Source: Spirochaetaceae bacterium (GTDB lineage Bacteria; Spirochaetota; Spirochaetia; DSM-2461). From it: 64,000 nucleotides of DNA. Of the stretch, positions 1 through 9,209 are shown in pieces. Below the pieces are notes generated by a model. It searched no databases and had not been told where the DNA came from. It saw only the letters and a list, made by a program, of their open reading frames with translations. The stretch's first letter is position 1; each line of letters opens with the position of its first letter. Both the position numbers and the translations under genes were made by a program. Location: NCBI GenBank assembly GCA_051531975.1, contig JAOPTT010000009.1, forward strand, positions 64,001 to 128,000, given 5' to 3'.

Positions 1-1
1 T

Positions 2-2518
2 AGCTCTGATACAACTTGGAAAGCAGCTTTTTTCCTATTCCAAGCTATGTTTTGTTCTACATCTGCAACAATTGTCTCTGGTGCAATTGCTGAAAGAGTT
101 AAATATGGAGCTTATATTATTGGGACTATCTTTTTGTCCGGAATAATTTATCCTATTTTTGGACATTGGGTATGGGGTGGAATAGTTCCTAATACTGGAG
201 CCGGCTGGTTAGGAGCATTAGGATTTATTGATTTTGCAGGTTCAACTGTTGTTCATAGTTTAGGTGGTTGGGTTGCATTGGCTTTTCTTTTTGTTATTGG
301 ACCAAGGACAGGAAGGTATAAAAAAGATGGATCTCCAGTATCTATAAGTGGAAGTAATATTCCCATGGTAGTTTTAGGAGTTCTAATTTTGTGGTTTGGT
401 TGGTTTGGTTTTAATGGTGGGAGTACCCTGGCTATGGATAATACTGTACCAGGAATTATTTTAAAAACTACTCTTTCTGCAGCAGCCGGCATGGTTTTTA
501 CCCTTGCAGCAGGTTGGTCAATATTAAAGAAACCAGATGTTGGACTAGTTATGAATGGAGCATTAGCAGGTTTAGTAGCTATAACAGCACCTGTTCATGC
601 TGTATCAGAAGCCCAGGCTATTTTAATTGGTGGAATAGGTGGACTTGTAATGTTATTTTCTACTTTTGCACTAGATAAGTTAAAAATTGACGATGCAGTT
701 GGTGCAATTCCTGTGCATTTAGTAGCTGGAATCTGGGGAACATTAGCTGTAGGAATATTTGGTGATCTGAATATATTGGGAACAGGTCTTAGTCGTGAAT
801 CACAAATTATTAGTCAACTAATTGGAATTCTAACTTGTGGCGGGTGGGCATTTATTTCCGCATTCATATTTTTAAAGGTACTAAATAGATTTTACCCACT
901 TCGTATAAGTATAACAGATGAACTTGATGGTCTAAATAAGTGTGAGCACGGTGCATCTACAGAAATATTTGATCTATATACTGTTCTTCATGAGCAAGCA
1001 TCCACAGGGGATATTACTTTAAGAGCACCAGTGGAACCCTTTACTGAAGTTGGGCAAATTGCTTCAATTTATAACGAAGTAATGGATAAGTTAGAAGACA
1101 ATACAGTTGAAAAGTCTGACTATTTAAATATATTAGCAAATGTTTCAGATGGTATGTTTTTATTAACCCGTGATGGTAGAATAACTAAATATTACTCCCA
1201 TAGCTCAGACCAAATTTTAGAATCAAAATCCTTATCAGGAAAGATTTTAGTTGAGATAATTGAGCCTATATTTATGGAATCAGAACGGGATCAGATACAA
1301 GATTTTATAGATTTATCATTTGATCCAGAGATTGCATGGAGGCATATAGAACGTTTAAATCCCATAGCGGAAGTAGATGCATTTTTTGATAATGCAGAGG
1401 GTGGATTCCGAATTAAACACCTAGAATTTAATTTTAAAAGAGTAGAAAAAGATGGGATTATAAATAACCTTCTTGTTTTATTAAAAGATGTCACAGAGGA
1501 ATATGATCTAAACCTTGAAATAGAAAAAACGAAAGAGAAAGGAAATTTGGACATGGAGCTTTTATATAGAATCCTTCATGTGGAACCAAATATTTTAAAA
1601 GAGTTCTTTAATAATGCAAGTAAAGACCTTTCTGGAATAAATTCTATATTCAAAGACCATAGATATACCCCTAAAAATAGATTACAAAGGGCATTTAGAT
1701 TGAGTCATGGGTTAAAAGGAGATGCAGAACTATTAGACCTATCATTTATCTCAGAGAAAGCTGAGGAATTAGAGTTTTCTATGCAGAAGATGTTAAAAGA
1801 TGACGTTATTGATACAAATAAATTTATACCACTAACAATAAAATTCAGTGAATTACAGAAAGTTTTTAGTAAAATAGAAGGATTATTAGATAAATGGACT
1901 GTTTTTAGTGGGAACATTGGAAGTGATGTTTCGTCTCCATCAGAATATTTTGAATCTTACCTATTAAAAATGACACAACGTATTTCAAATAAACAAAATA
2001 AGAATGTTCAACTTAATTTACATAACTTTTCATTAAATCTATTTCCAGAATCTAACCACAAATCAATTAGAGATATATTAGTACAGCTAATTAGGAACAC
2101 AATTTCTCATGGTTTAGAGTTAACTGAAGAAAGAATCTCTAATAATAAACTGGATATTGGAAGAATACAAATTAAAACTGAATCGAAAAATGACTTCATT
2201 ACACTGACATATTCTGATGATGGTAGGGGTTTAGATATTGAACGTATTCGTCTTCAGGCATTAGAAAATGGCCATATAACAGATAATCAGTATAAATTAC
2301 TTCCTGATTCATCTATACCAAAACTTATATTTCAAGATGGTTTATCTACAGCTGATAGCTCAGATATTATGGCAGGAAAAGGAGTAGGTATGCCCCTTAT
2401 AAGTAATATAATAAACAAGTTAGATGGAAGTATTGGAATAAAAACAAAGCAGAATATAGGGTGTCAATTTATTATAAATATTCCTAAAGCTAAAACAATA
2501 GAAAAGGTTACTAATTAA
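2..2518 (+). CDS. Ammonium transporter (Amt) fused to HAMP-like, PAS-like, HPt and CheA-type HATPase domains (5'-truncated by window edge)
   Basis: Frame is open from base 2. Amt motifs: FQAMF, DFAGSTVVH, WFGWFGFNGGS, DDAVGAIPVH (both pore His present). HPt motif SHGLKGDA. CheA-like kinase boxes LIRNTISHG, DDGRGLD, IFQDGLST, GKGVGM. No CheW domain. Confidence 0.9.
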   Translation, partial: SSDTTWKAAFFLFQAMFCSTSATIVSGAIAERVKYGAYIIGTIFLSGIIYPIFGHWVWGGIVPNTGAGWLGALGFIDFAGSTVVHSLGGWVALAFLFVIGPRTGRYKKDGSPVSISGSNIPMVVLGVLILWFGWFGFNGGSTLAMDNTVPGIILKTTLSAAAGMVFTLAAGWSILKKPDVGLVMNGALAGLVAITAPVHAVSEAQAILIGGIGGLVMLFSTFALDKLKIDDAVGAIPVHLVAGIWGTLAVGIFGDLNILGTGLSRESQIISQLIGILTCGGWAFISAFIFLKVLNRFYPLRISITDELDGLNKCEHGASTEIFDLYTVLHEQASTGDITLRAPVEPFTEVGQIASIYNEVMDKLEDNTVEKSDYLNILANVSDGMFLLTRDGRITKYYSHSSDQILESKSLSGKILVEIIEPIFMESERDQIQDFIDLSFDPEIAWRHIERLNPIAEVDAFFDNAEGGFRIKHLEFNFKRVEKDGIINNLLVLLKDVTEEYDLNLEIEKTKEKGNLDMELLYRILHVEPNILKEFFNNASKDLSGINSIFKDHRYTPKNRLQRAFRLSHGLKGDAELLDLSFISEKAEELEFSMQKMLKDDVIDTNKFIPLTIKFSELQKVFSKIEGLLDKWTVFSGNIGSDVSSPSEYFESYLLKMTQRISNKQNKNVQLNLHNFSLNLFPESNHKSIRDILVQLIRNTISHGLELTEERISNNKLDIGRIQIKTESKNDFITLTYSDDGRGLDIERIRLQALENGHITDNQYKLLPDSSIPKLIFQDGLSTADSSDIMAGKGVGMPLISNIINKLDGSIGIKTKQNIGCQFIINIPKAKTIEKVTN

Positions 2519-3174
2519 TGACAGCTATCAAAAAAGAGAGACGAAACTTATTAACAAAATATGTTAATGAGGACACTATTGAGTATATAAATAAAACAGG
2601 TTCAAATCCAATGGCGGCTTCTAATAGAAAGGTTACAATTCTCTTCTTTGATATAAGGAATTCAACAGGTATTGCTGAGATTTTATGTCCATCAAATTTT
2701 GCAACTTTTTTAAGTGAAATCTTTACTGATATTATGGATCTTATTTATGGAAATGGAGGTTCAGTAAATAAAATGTTAGGGGATGGAATAATGGCTACAT
2801 TTGGATGTCCTGTTAGCTCTGGAAACGATCCACTTAATGCAGTAAATACAGCACTTCAGATAGTAGAGTATTTAAATACTTTTAATGATGTGAGGCCAAC
2901 ATATATAGCAGAACCAATAAAAGCAGGGGTTGGTATTGCCACTGGTATTGTTTTTACAGGTGTTATAGGTTCAATTCATAGGGAAGAATACGCAGTTCTA
3001 GGGGATTCTGTAAATATTGCCAGTAGGTTAGAGTCACTAACTAAAAAAATAGTTACTTCAGTTCTAGTTGATGAAAATACATATAAAGAAACTCTAACAG
3101 ACTTTAAGTATATAAATTGTTACAAAGGTTATATACGAGGTAGAAAAGAACCACTTAAAATGTACTCATTATAA
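2518..3174 (+). CDS. Stand-alone class III adenylate/guanylate cyclase catalytic domain
   Basis: Motifs TILFFDIRNST, NKMLGDG, GDSVNIASRLE; start overlaps the upstream stop (TAATG). Confidence 0.9.
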   Translation: MTAIKKERRNLLTKYVNEDTIEYINKTGSNPMAASNRKVTILFFDIRNSTGIAEILCPSNFATFLSEIFTDIMDLIYGNGGSVNKMLGDGIMATFGCPVSSGNDPLNAVNTALQIVEYLNTFNDVRPTYIAEPIKAGVGIATGIVFTGVIGSIHREEYAVLGDSVNIASRLESLTKKIVTSVLVDENTYKETLTDFKYINCYKGYIRGRKEPLKMYSL

Positions 3175-3217
3175 TCGCATTGACAATATTTTTTTTGTAA
3201 TATCAAAAGGAGATTTA

Positions 3218-3682
3218 ATGAATATTTAAGCTATTATGCATAAGCCAAAAAGTAAAACCAGATGCTTACATAGTTGGTGAAAATTGGCACAATAGTCAGC
3301 CATGGTTACAAGGCGATCAATTTGATGGTATTATGAATTACCCTGTTAATTACTCCGGCTTAAAATATTTTGCTAAAGAATCAATTAGCACACAGACTTT
3401 TAAGTGGATGATTAATGAAGCGTTGATGAGAAACACATGGCAGGTAAAAGAGGTGATGCTAAATCTATTAGATTCCCACGATACCCCCCGATTTGTGAAT
3501 ATATGTAACATGGATTTTAGACGATCTTTGCTTGCCATGAGTTTTTTCTAACATTTGTTGGTACTACATCTATCTATTATGGAACCGACCTTTTAACAGA
3601 TACAACATTAATTATTACGAGTAGTAATAAGAGTGTGATTTTTGATGAATATTCAATAAAAGTACTCCACAGATTATCCTAA
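3218..3682 (+). pseudogene. Remnant of a GH13 neopullulanase/cyclomaltodextrinase-type glycoside hydrolase
   Basis: SD AAGGAG, then ATG at 3218 with TAA at codon 4 (MNI*AIMHKPKS). Then KPDAYIVGENWH..WLQGDQFDGIMNYP, LLDSHDTPRF and a frameshifted FVGTTSIYYG. Most of the gene is missing; end coordinate approximate. Confidence 0.8.
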
Positions 3683-3702
3683 TTTAATGTATTATTTAAA
3701 TC

Positions 3703-4185
3703 ATGATAAGAGAAGCCACAATTAACGATGCACAGCAAATATGTGAAATATATAACCACTATATAGAAAATACAGATGTAACATTCGAAGAAAAATTATT
3801 AAAAACCTCTGATATGGTAGAACGTATGTCAGAGGTTCTTAAAACATTACCATGGCTTGTATATACCGAGAATAACAAAATCCTAGGGTATGCTTACGCG
3901 TCTAAATGGAAAAGTAGAATTGCTTATAAATTCTCAGTTGAATCCACAGTTTATATCTCTGAAAAAAGTATAACAAAAGGTCTTGGTACCAAACTTTATA
4001 AAGCATTAATAGAAGAACTTAAAGTTCAAAATATTCACTGTGTTATTGGGGGAATCGCCTTACCAAATGACAAAAGTTGTGGATTACATGAAAAATTAGG
4101 TTTTGAAAAAGTTGCTCAATTCCCTGAGGTTGGCTTTAAGTTTAATAGATGGATAGATGTAGGTTATTGGCAGCTTAATATTTAG
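3703..4185 (+). CDS. GNAT N-acetyltransferase, phosphinothricin/arsinothricin acetyltransferase (Pat/ArsN-like) family
   Basis: IYNHYIENTDVTFEE, AYKFSVESTVY, KGLGTKLY, LHEKLGF, VGFKFNRWIDVGYWQ are typical of the Pat/YncA family. Confidence 0.85.
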   Translation: MIREATINDAQQICEIYNHYIENTDVTFEEKLLKTSDMVERMSEVLKTLPWLVYTENNKILGYAYASKWKSRIAYKFSVESTVYISEKSITKGLGTKLYKALIEELKVQNIHCVIGGIALPNDKSCGLHEKLGFEKVAQFPEVGFKFNRWIDVGYWQLNI

Positions 4186-5164
4186 AAAAATCTAAATCTA
4201 TTAGCTGTTTATCAGATTCAATAATTTTTTTCCATTTTACAATATGTTCTGGTATGGATTTGCTTGTTGGGTTTTCTTTGTAAAATAGTACATATAATAT
4301 TATTAATCTTAGTTTCAAAAATTTAGGAATCATTGCTAGTTGCTCCTTCTCGATAGAACAAACACTCCTAAACCCTTTTAAGAAGTTAGTCATGAAAAAT
4401 TCCGAGAAACCTAATAATTTATCCTCTGGAACTTTCATCATTCCATAAAATAGAGGCATTGCAATTTCATTAACAAACCAATGGTATTCACAGTCATCAA
4501 AATCTTCCATTGTTATATTATTACCATCAAAATAGAAATTCCATCGATGGAAATCTCCCTGAATCAGACCAAAGGTTGATTCTGCTATATTCTGGGAGTG
4601 TAAATCAGCTAAACATTCTTCAATTTTACTTTGCACCTTAGTTTGTTCTAATGGGACGTATTTTGAGTAGTTTTTTATAATTGGATCATTATACCATTCA
4701 GGTCTTCTACTTGTTACATCTTTAAAGGTATATTTTTTAGATAGAGAGACTAATCTACCAACTTCATTTCCCCAACTTTGTAATATTTCATGGTCCCACT
4801 TTTTAGTATTGAAATAACTACTGAATGAGAACTTTTTGCCTGAAGACTTTTGATAAGATAAAACATAATATTCCACATCAAATAATAATATTGTTTCAAT
4901 ATAAACGTTGTTAATCGATTTAATATAACTTTGAACATTGGCCCCATTTTTAGATAGATAATTAACAAAGTTTACTTCACCCATAAGTTCTTGGATTTGA
5001 TTATCTTTCGAGTGTATAACTTTTAATATGTATTCAGAAGAATCTTTTGAACAGATATATTTTAGTTTTTCTGGAGTTCCAATATCTTTAATCTTATTTG
5101 TAAAACCAAAAAGTGGAACTACTTTTTTAAGAATTTCAGTCATATACTTATAAACATAAGCCAT
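4175..5164 (-). CDS. APH/choline-kinase-like phosphotransferase (type II homoserine kinase-like)
   Basis: Brenner-type motif FGLIQGDFHRWN followed by DFDDC...WFVNEIA. Confidence 0.8.
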   Translation of the reverse strand: MAYVYKYMTEILKKVVPLFGFTNKIKDIGTPEKLKYICSKDSSEYILKVIHSKDNQIQELMGEVNFVNYLSKNGANVQSYIKSINNVYIETILLFDVEYYVLSYQKSSGKKFSFSSYFNTKKWDHEILQSWGNEVGRLVSLSKKYTFKDVTSRRPEWYNDPIIKNYSKYVPLEQTKVQSKIEECLADLHSQNIAESTFGLIQGDFHRWNFYFDGNNITMEDFDDCEYHWFVNEIAMPLFYGMMKVPEDKLLGFSEFFMTNFLKGFRSVCSIEKEQLAMIPKFLKLRLIILYVLFYKENPTSKSIPEHIVKWKKIIESDKQLIDLDFSKY

Positions 5165-5186
5165 GATTTAATATAGGACAAGATTA

Positions 5187-6062
5187 TTAATTTTTTTCTA
5201 ATGTAACAGAATTATTTCTTCCTGATTCTTTAGCCCTATAAAGGGCATCATCTGCTCTTTTAATAAAACTATCATGGTTATCTTCTAAGTTAAAAAGAGT
5301 TAGTCCTAAACTACATGTAATCTGTGTTACTGGCTCAAAATTATATTCTGAGATTTTTATTCTTATACGTTCAGCAAGCAATAACCCATCTTCTAGACTA
5401 GTTTCTGGTAGAAGTAATATAAACTCTTCACCTCCCCATCGGGCAAAAAGGTCTGTATCTCTAATAAGGTTATGAATAATCTGGGATAAACAAATTAAAA
5501 CTGTGTCTCCAACCAGATGGCCATGGGTATCGTTTACATTTTTAAAATGATCTATATCTAACAATATTAATGATAAAGGTTTTTTATATCTTCTAGTTCT
5601 AGATATTTCTAAGTCTAAAACTTCAGTAAATTTAAATCTATTAAAGGCTCCAGTTAACTGGTCCGTAGTAGCTTGTAGAGTTATCTTCTCTTTAGCTTCT
5701 AATAAAAGTGTTTGATCATATATTACAATACTAACTAGCCCTGGTTCATAAAATGAAAAAACAACATCTTGTTGCATATTTTCATAAACTGATTTTATCA
5801 TTTTATTTTGTGGTATTTTTATTAAGTATTTATCAACTATTGAGTTCATAAAAACATCAGATTTAAGTGATAAAGTAACTCTTATTTTTCGTGCAATTTT
5901 TTTTTCTAAAACTTCAGGAAAGATATCAGAAAGCTTTTTACCTATAATATCTTTTTTTAATATCTTTGTATTTATTTCTAACCACTGATTCCAGGCGTGT
6001 ACTTCTAAATCTTTATCTATAAGCAGAATCCCATCTTTAATTGTATCTAAAATTGTTAACAT
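5187..6062 (-). CDS. PAS-domain diguanylate cyclase
   Basis: TDQLTGAFNR, DIDHFKNVNDTHGH, RWGGEEF; N-terminal PAS-like segment. Confidence 0.92.
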   Translation of the reverse strand: MLTILDTIKDGILLIDKDLEVHAWNQWLEINTKILKKDIIGKKLSDIFPEVLEKKIARKIRVTLSLKSDVFMNSIVDKYLIKIPQNKMIKSVYENMQQDVVFSFYEPGLVSIVIYDQTLLLEAKEKITLQATTDQLTGAFNRFKFTEVLDLEISRTRRYKKPLSLILLDIDHFKNVNDTHGHLVGDTVLICLSQIIHNLIRDTDLFARWGGEEFILLLPETSLEDGLLLAERIRIKISEYNFEPVTQITCSLGLTLFNLEDNHDSFIKRADDALYRAKESGRNNSVTLEKN

Positions 6063-6697
6063 TAGCAGTTCTCCATAAAAATATTAAGGGCTTCTTGTAA
6101 CCATTTAAATGAGCTATTATTTGTTAAAATTATTAAGTGTCCAGTTATTTGTTGCTCTTGGAATTCTAAAAATGTTTCAATAATAATAACTTTATCATAC
6201 TCTTTCCCAGTATCATCAAACATAACACTATGATCAGCTTTGTAATCTATAGATGGTGCTGTAAACTGTACCGAAGTATTAAGTAGTTCTGATAACTTTC
6301 CAACACATGATGAACTTACAATATTTGAAATTTCTAATATTGCACCATCTATATCATCGTTATCATATTCTCTGACATCCTTTTCGATATCATTAATTTT
6401 ATATAAAAGTTTAACTAAATTTAATGTCGACTTTTTCTCAATAAAAAATAGAGATTCTCCCTCGAAAGTTCCTTTAAACATCTGAGCTGCTAAATGAATA
6501 TCATCTTCATCTTTAAATTTTTTACTTACAAAATCATTCAGTTCAGAAACATCTATAATCTCCAAGGATGGTGCATGTAGTGTTGCAAAACTCTCAAACA
6601 TATCAGCTATTAACGAAGCCGCATATCCAAAAGATATATTAATTAATTCTGATAAAATTTCTCTGTCTTCGTTAGTTAGTTCTATTGTTTTTCCCAT
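6062..6697 (-). CDS. CheC-like phosphatase
   Basis: Two ExxN motifs (ELINISFG, EISNIVSS); lies between a CheY-like gene and a DGC gene. Confidence 0.85.
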   Translation of the reverse strand: MGKTIELTNEDREILSELINISFGYAASLIADMFESFATLHAPSLEIIDVSELNDFVSKKFKDEDDIHLAAQMFKGTFEGESLFFIEKKSTLNLVKLLYKINDIEKDVREYDNDDIDGAILEISNIVSSSCVGKLSELLNTSVQFTAPSIDYKADHSVMFDDTGKEYDKVIIIETFLEFQEQQITGHLIILTNNSSFKWLQEALNIFMENC

Positions 6698-6698
6698 C

Positions 6699-7064
6699 TT
6701 AACCTAGTAGTTCTTTAAAAATTTTAGTCATTTTTTCATCATTTATCGGTTTATGCATTATACCAACAGCACCGGAAGCCATAACTTTATCTTTAGCAGT
6801 TTTTTGAATATCTGCAGAAATTATATATACTTTAGCATCAGAATTTATTTCAATTATCTTATCTAAAGCTTCAAACCCATCCATTACAGGCATTGTTAAA
6901 TCCAAAAAAACAATATCTGGTTGTATTTCTTTGTAAGATTGAACACCTTCAGCACCATTTTCCGCTAGAAACAGTTTAAATTCAGAATCTAAAGTTCTTT
7001 CAAGACTTCTACTAATCATACGTCTAGATAGAAGGGAGTCATCAACAACCAATATTTCTAACAA
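6699..7064 (-). CDS. Single-domain CheY-like response regulator
   Basis: ILVVDDS, FLDLTMPVMDG, ISAD, HKP; TTG start preceded by SD AGGAG. Confidence 0.9.
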   Translation of the reverse strand: MLEILVVDDSLLSRRMISRSLERTLDSEFKLFLAENGAEGVQSYKEIQPDIVFLDLTMPVMDGFEALDKIIEINSDAKVYIISADIQKTAKDKVMASGAVGIMHKPINDEKMTKIFKELLG

Positions 7065-7141
7065 TTTATTCTCCTAATAATAATCTTTATATTATATATT
7101 ATAACTCGGTATATTCAAGAAAGAGCTTTAAAATTATAAAC

Positions 7142-7157
7142 TACTACTATAGTAGTA
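7142..7157. promoter_or_regulatory. Perfect 16-bp palindrome TACTACTATAGTAGTA, possible operator in divergent intergenic region
   Basis: Self-complementary 16-mer immediately followed by TTGACT. Confidence 0.4.
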
Positions 7158-7217
7158 TTGACTAAAAATAGTTTTAGGTTGAAAGTTAAGATATATTAAA
7201 AACAGGGAGTATATAGT

Positions 7218-7268
7218 ATGCAAATGATAAAATTCAACCACGGATCCCTTCTCGGATTCCATCTCTAG
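7218..7268 (+). CDS. Candidate 16-aa leader peptide MQMIKFNHGSLLGFHL
   Basis: SD-like AGGGAG at 7204-7209, ATG at 7218, TAG at 7266; stop overlaps an inverted repeat (AGATAGTTA 7267-7275 / TAACTATCT 7303-7311). Confidence 0.45.
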   Translation: MQMIKFNHGSLLGFHL

Positions 7269-7403
7269 ATAGTTATTCTTTTTATTTAAACACTAAAAAA
7301 ATTAACTATCTCTCGTCAGCCTTATTGGGACAACTTTAATGAAATTATTAAATTTTATAATTTGTCATATTAAAAAATGTAAATTAAAAACAAGGAAACC
7401 ATC

Positions 7404-9200
7404 TTGAAACGGTTTAAATTATTATTTTCCTTTTTAAAAGGATCAGTTGGAATATATGTATTAGCAATTATTTTTTGTCTAATATCAGTCGGGATATCTC
7501 TTTTTATACCTTTGATAGTAAAGGTTGTTATAGATTCTATTATTGGATCAGAACCATTTAACGTAAGTGGGTTAGTAGGTTATGTCTTTAGTTTTAGAAC
7601 TGGGATTATAGCAAAAGATCTATTGATTTTTAGTTTTATAGGTGTTCTTTTTGTCGTTTTTTCATCAATTTTAGAGTTTTGCTATACAGCATTAATTACG
7701 ATAGCATCTCAAAGAGCTGGTAAAAAAATGAAGGATAAGATGTATTCTCATATCCAGAAATTAGATTACGAATACCATGCAAAAGCTGAAATTGGGGATT
7801 TGATTCAAAGATGTACTACAGATATCGAGAACAGTATGATCTTTTTAGCAGAGCACTTTATTCAGATTTCTAGAGTAGTATTTATTATGGGAATTACAAT
7901 CGGGCTAATGTTATCTTTAAATGTAACAATGTCTATTGTATCAATGGCTTTGGTTCCATTTATTTTTATCTACTCTTATATTTTCTTTAAGAAAGCTCAG
8001 AAAGTATTTGAGGCACAGGAAAAAACAGATGCAAAGTTAAGTAGTGTTCTCCAAGAGAACCTAACAGGTATAAGAGTAGTAAAAGCATTTGCTAGACAGG
8101 ATTACGAAATTAACAAATTCGATACTGCTAATAAAAACCATAGAGCACGAACTATGGATATTATTAAAGCAATGTCTAAGTTCTGGTCGGCATCTGATGG
8201 TCTCTCTTTTATCCAGATAGGTGTTGTTTTAGGTTTTGGTAGTTATTTTGTAGTTACTGGGGTATTTGGAATAGGTATGATAGTTGCATTCTTTACTTAT
8301 GTTGAACGTATTATGTGGCCAGTAAAGCAGTTGGGGCGGTTATTAGCAGAAACAGGAAAAACTTCAGTTTCCCTTAAAAGGTTACAGGAAATTCTTGATA
8401 CTAATACCGAGACTTTAGAGGATTCAAATTATAAACCTTATATTATTGGGGAGATTGAGTTTCAGAATGTATCCTTTTCTTATCCAAATGGAACCCACGT
8501 TTTAAATGATGTAAGTTTTAAGATAAACAAAGGTCAATCAGCGGCAATTATTGGTCCTACAGGTGCAGGTAAAACTACTCTGATTCATCTACTACATAGG
8601 TTATACGAGAATTACACAGGAACTATTTTAATTGACGGTACAGATATAAGAGGAATTAATAAAAGGCATTTAAGACAGAATGTAAGTCTTATTTTACAGG
8701 AACCTTTCCTTTTTAATAAAACTGTTAAGGACAATATATCCTATGCTAGGGAAGAGTCCCACGATAACCAGATATTTAATGCAACAGGGATTGCATGTAT
8801 ACATGAATCAATTGAAGATTTTGATAAAGGTTACGATACACTAGTTGGTGAGGGTGGAGTTACCCTATCTGGTGGACAGAAGCAGAGGATTGCAATAGCA
8901 AGAACCCTGATTTCAGAGAACCCTATAGTAATTTTTGACGACTCTTTAAGTGCGGTGGATACAGAGACGGATAAAGTTATTAGAAAAAACTTAAAAGAAG
9001 GGGATATTAAGCCTACTTCTATAATTATTTCCCATAGGGTTTCAACAGTTAGAGATGCGGATGTAATTATCGTATTAGAGGATGGTATGGTTACTGCAAA
9101 TGGTACCCATAGTCAGATTAGAGAACAGGATAATCTTTATAGACGTATTCTGGACATACAGAGTGATATTGAAAAAGAATTTCACACTACGTTTGCCTAA
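7404..9200 (+). CDS. ABC exporter, fused permease/ATPase (MdlA-like subunit)
   Basis: Six TM segments, GPTGAGKT, LSGGQKQR, degenerate Walker B IFDDSLSAVD. Confidence 0.93.
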   Translation: MKRFKLLFSFLKGSVGIYVLAIIFCLISVGISLFIPLIVKVVIDSIIGSEPFNVSGLVGYVFSFRTGIIAKDLLIFSFIGVLFVVFSSILEFCYTALITIASQRAGKKMKDKMYSHIQKLDYEYHAKAEIGDLIQRCTTDIENSMIFLAEHFIQISRVVFIMGITIGLMLSLNVTMSIVSMALVPFIFIYSYIFFKKAQKVFEAQEKTDAKLSSVLQENLTGIRVVKAFARQDYEINKFDTANKNHRARTMDIIKAMSKFWSASDGLSFIQIGVVLGFGSYFVVTGVFGIGMIVAFFTYVERIMWPVKQLGRLLAETGKTSVSLKRLQEILDTNTETLEDSNYKPYIIGEIEFQNVSFSYPNGTHVLNDVSFKINKGQSAAIIGPTGAGKTTLIHLLHRLYENYTGTILIDGTDIRGINKRHLRQNVSLILQEPFLFNKTVKDNISYAREESHDNQIFNATGIACIHESIEDFDKGYDTLVGEGGVTLSGGQKQRIAIARTLISENPIVIFDDSLSAVDTETDKVIRKNLKEGDIKPTSIIISHRVSTVRDADVIIVLEDGMVTANGTHSQIREQDNLYRRILDIQSDIEKEFHTTFA

Positions 9201-9209
9201 GGAAGAGTT

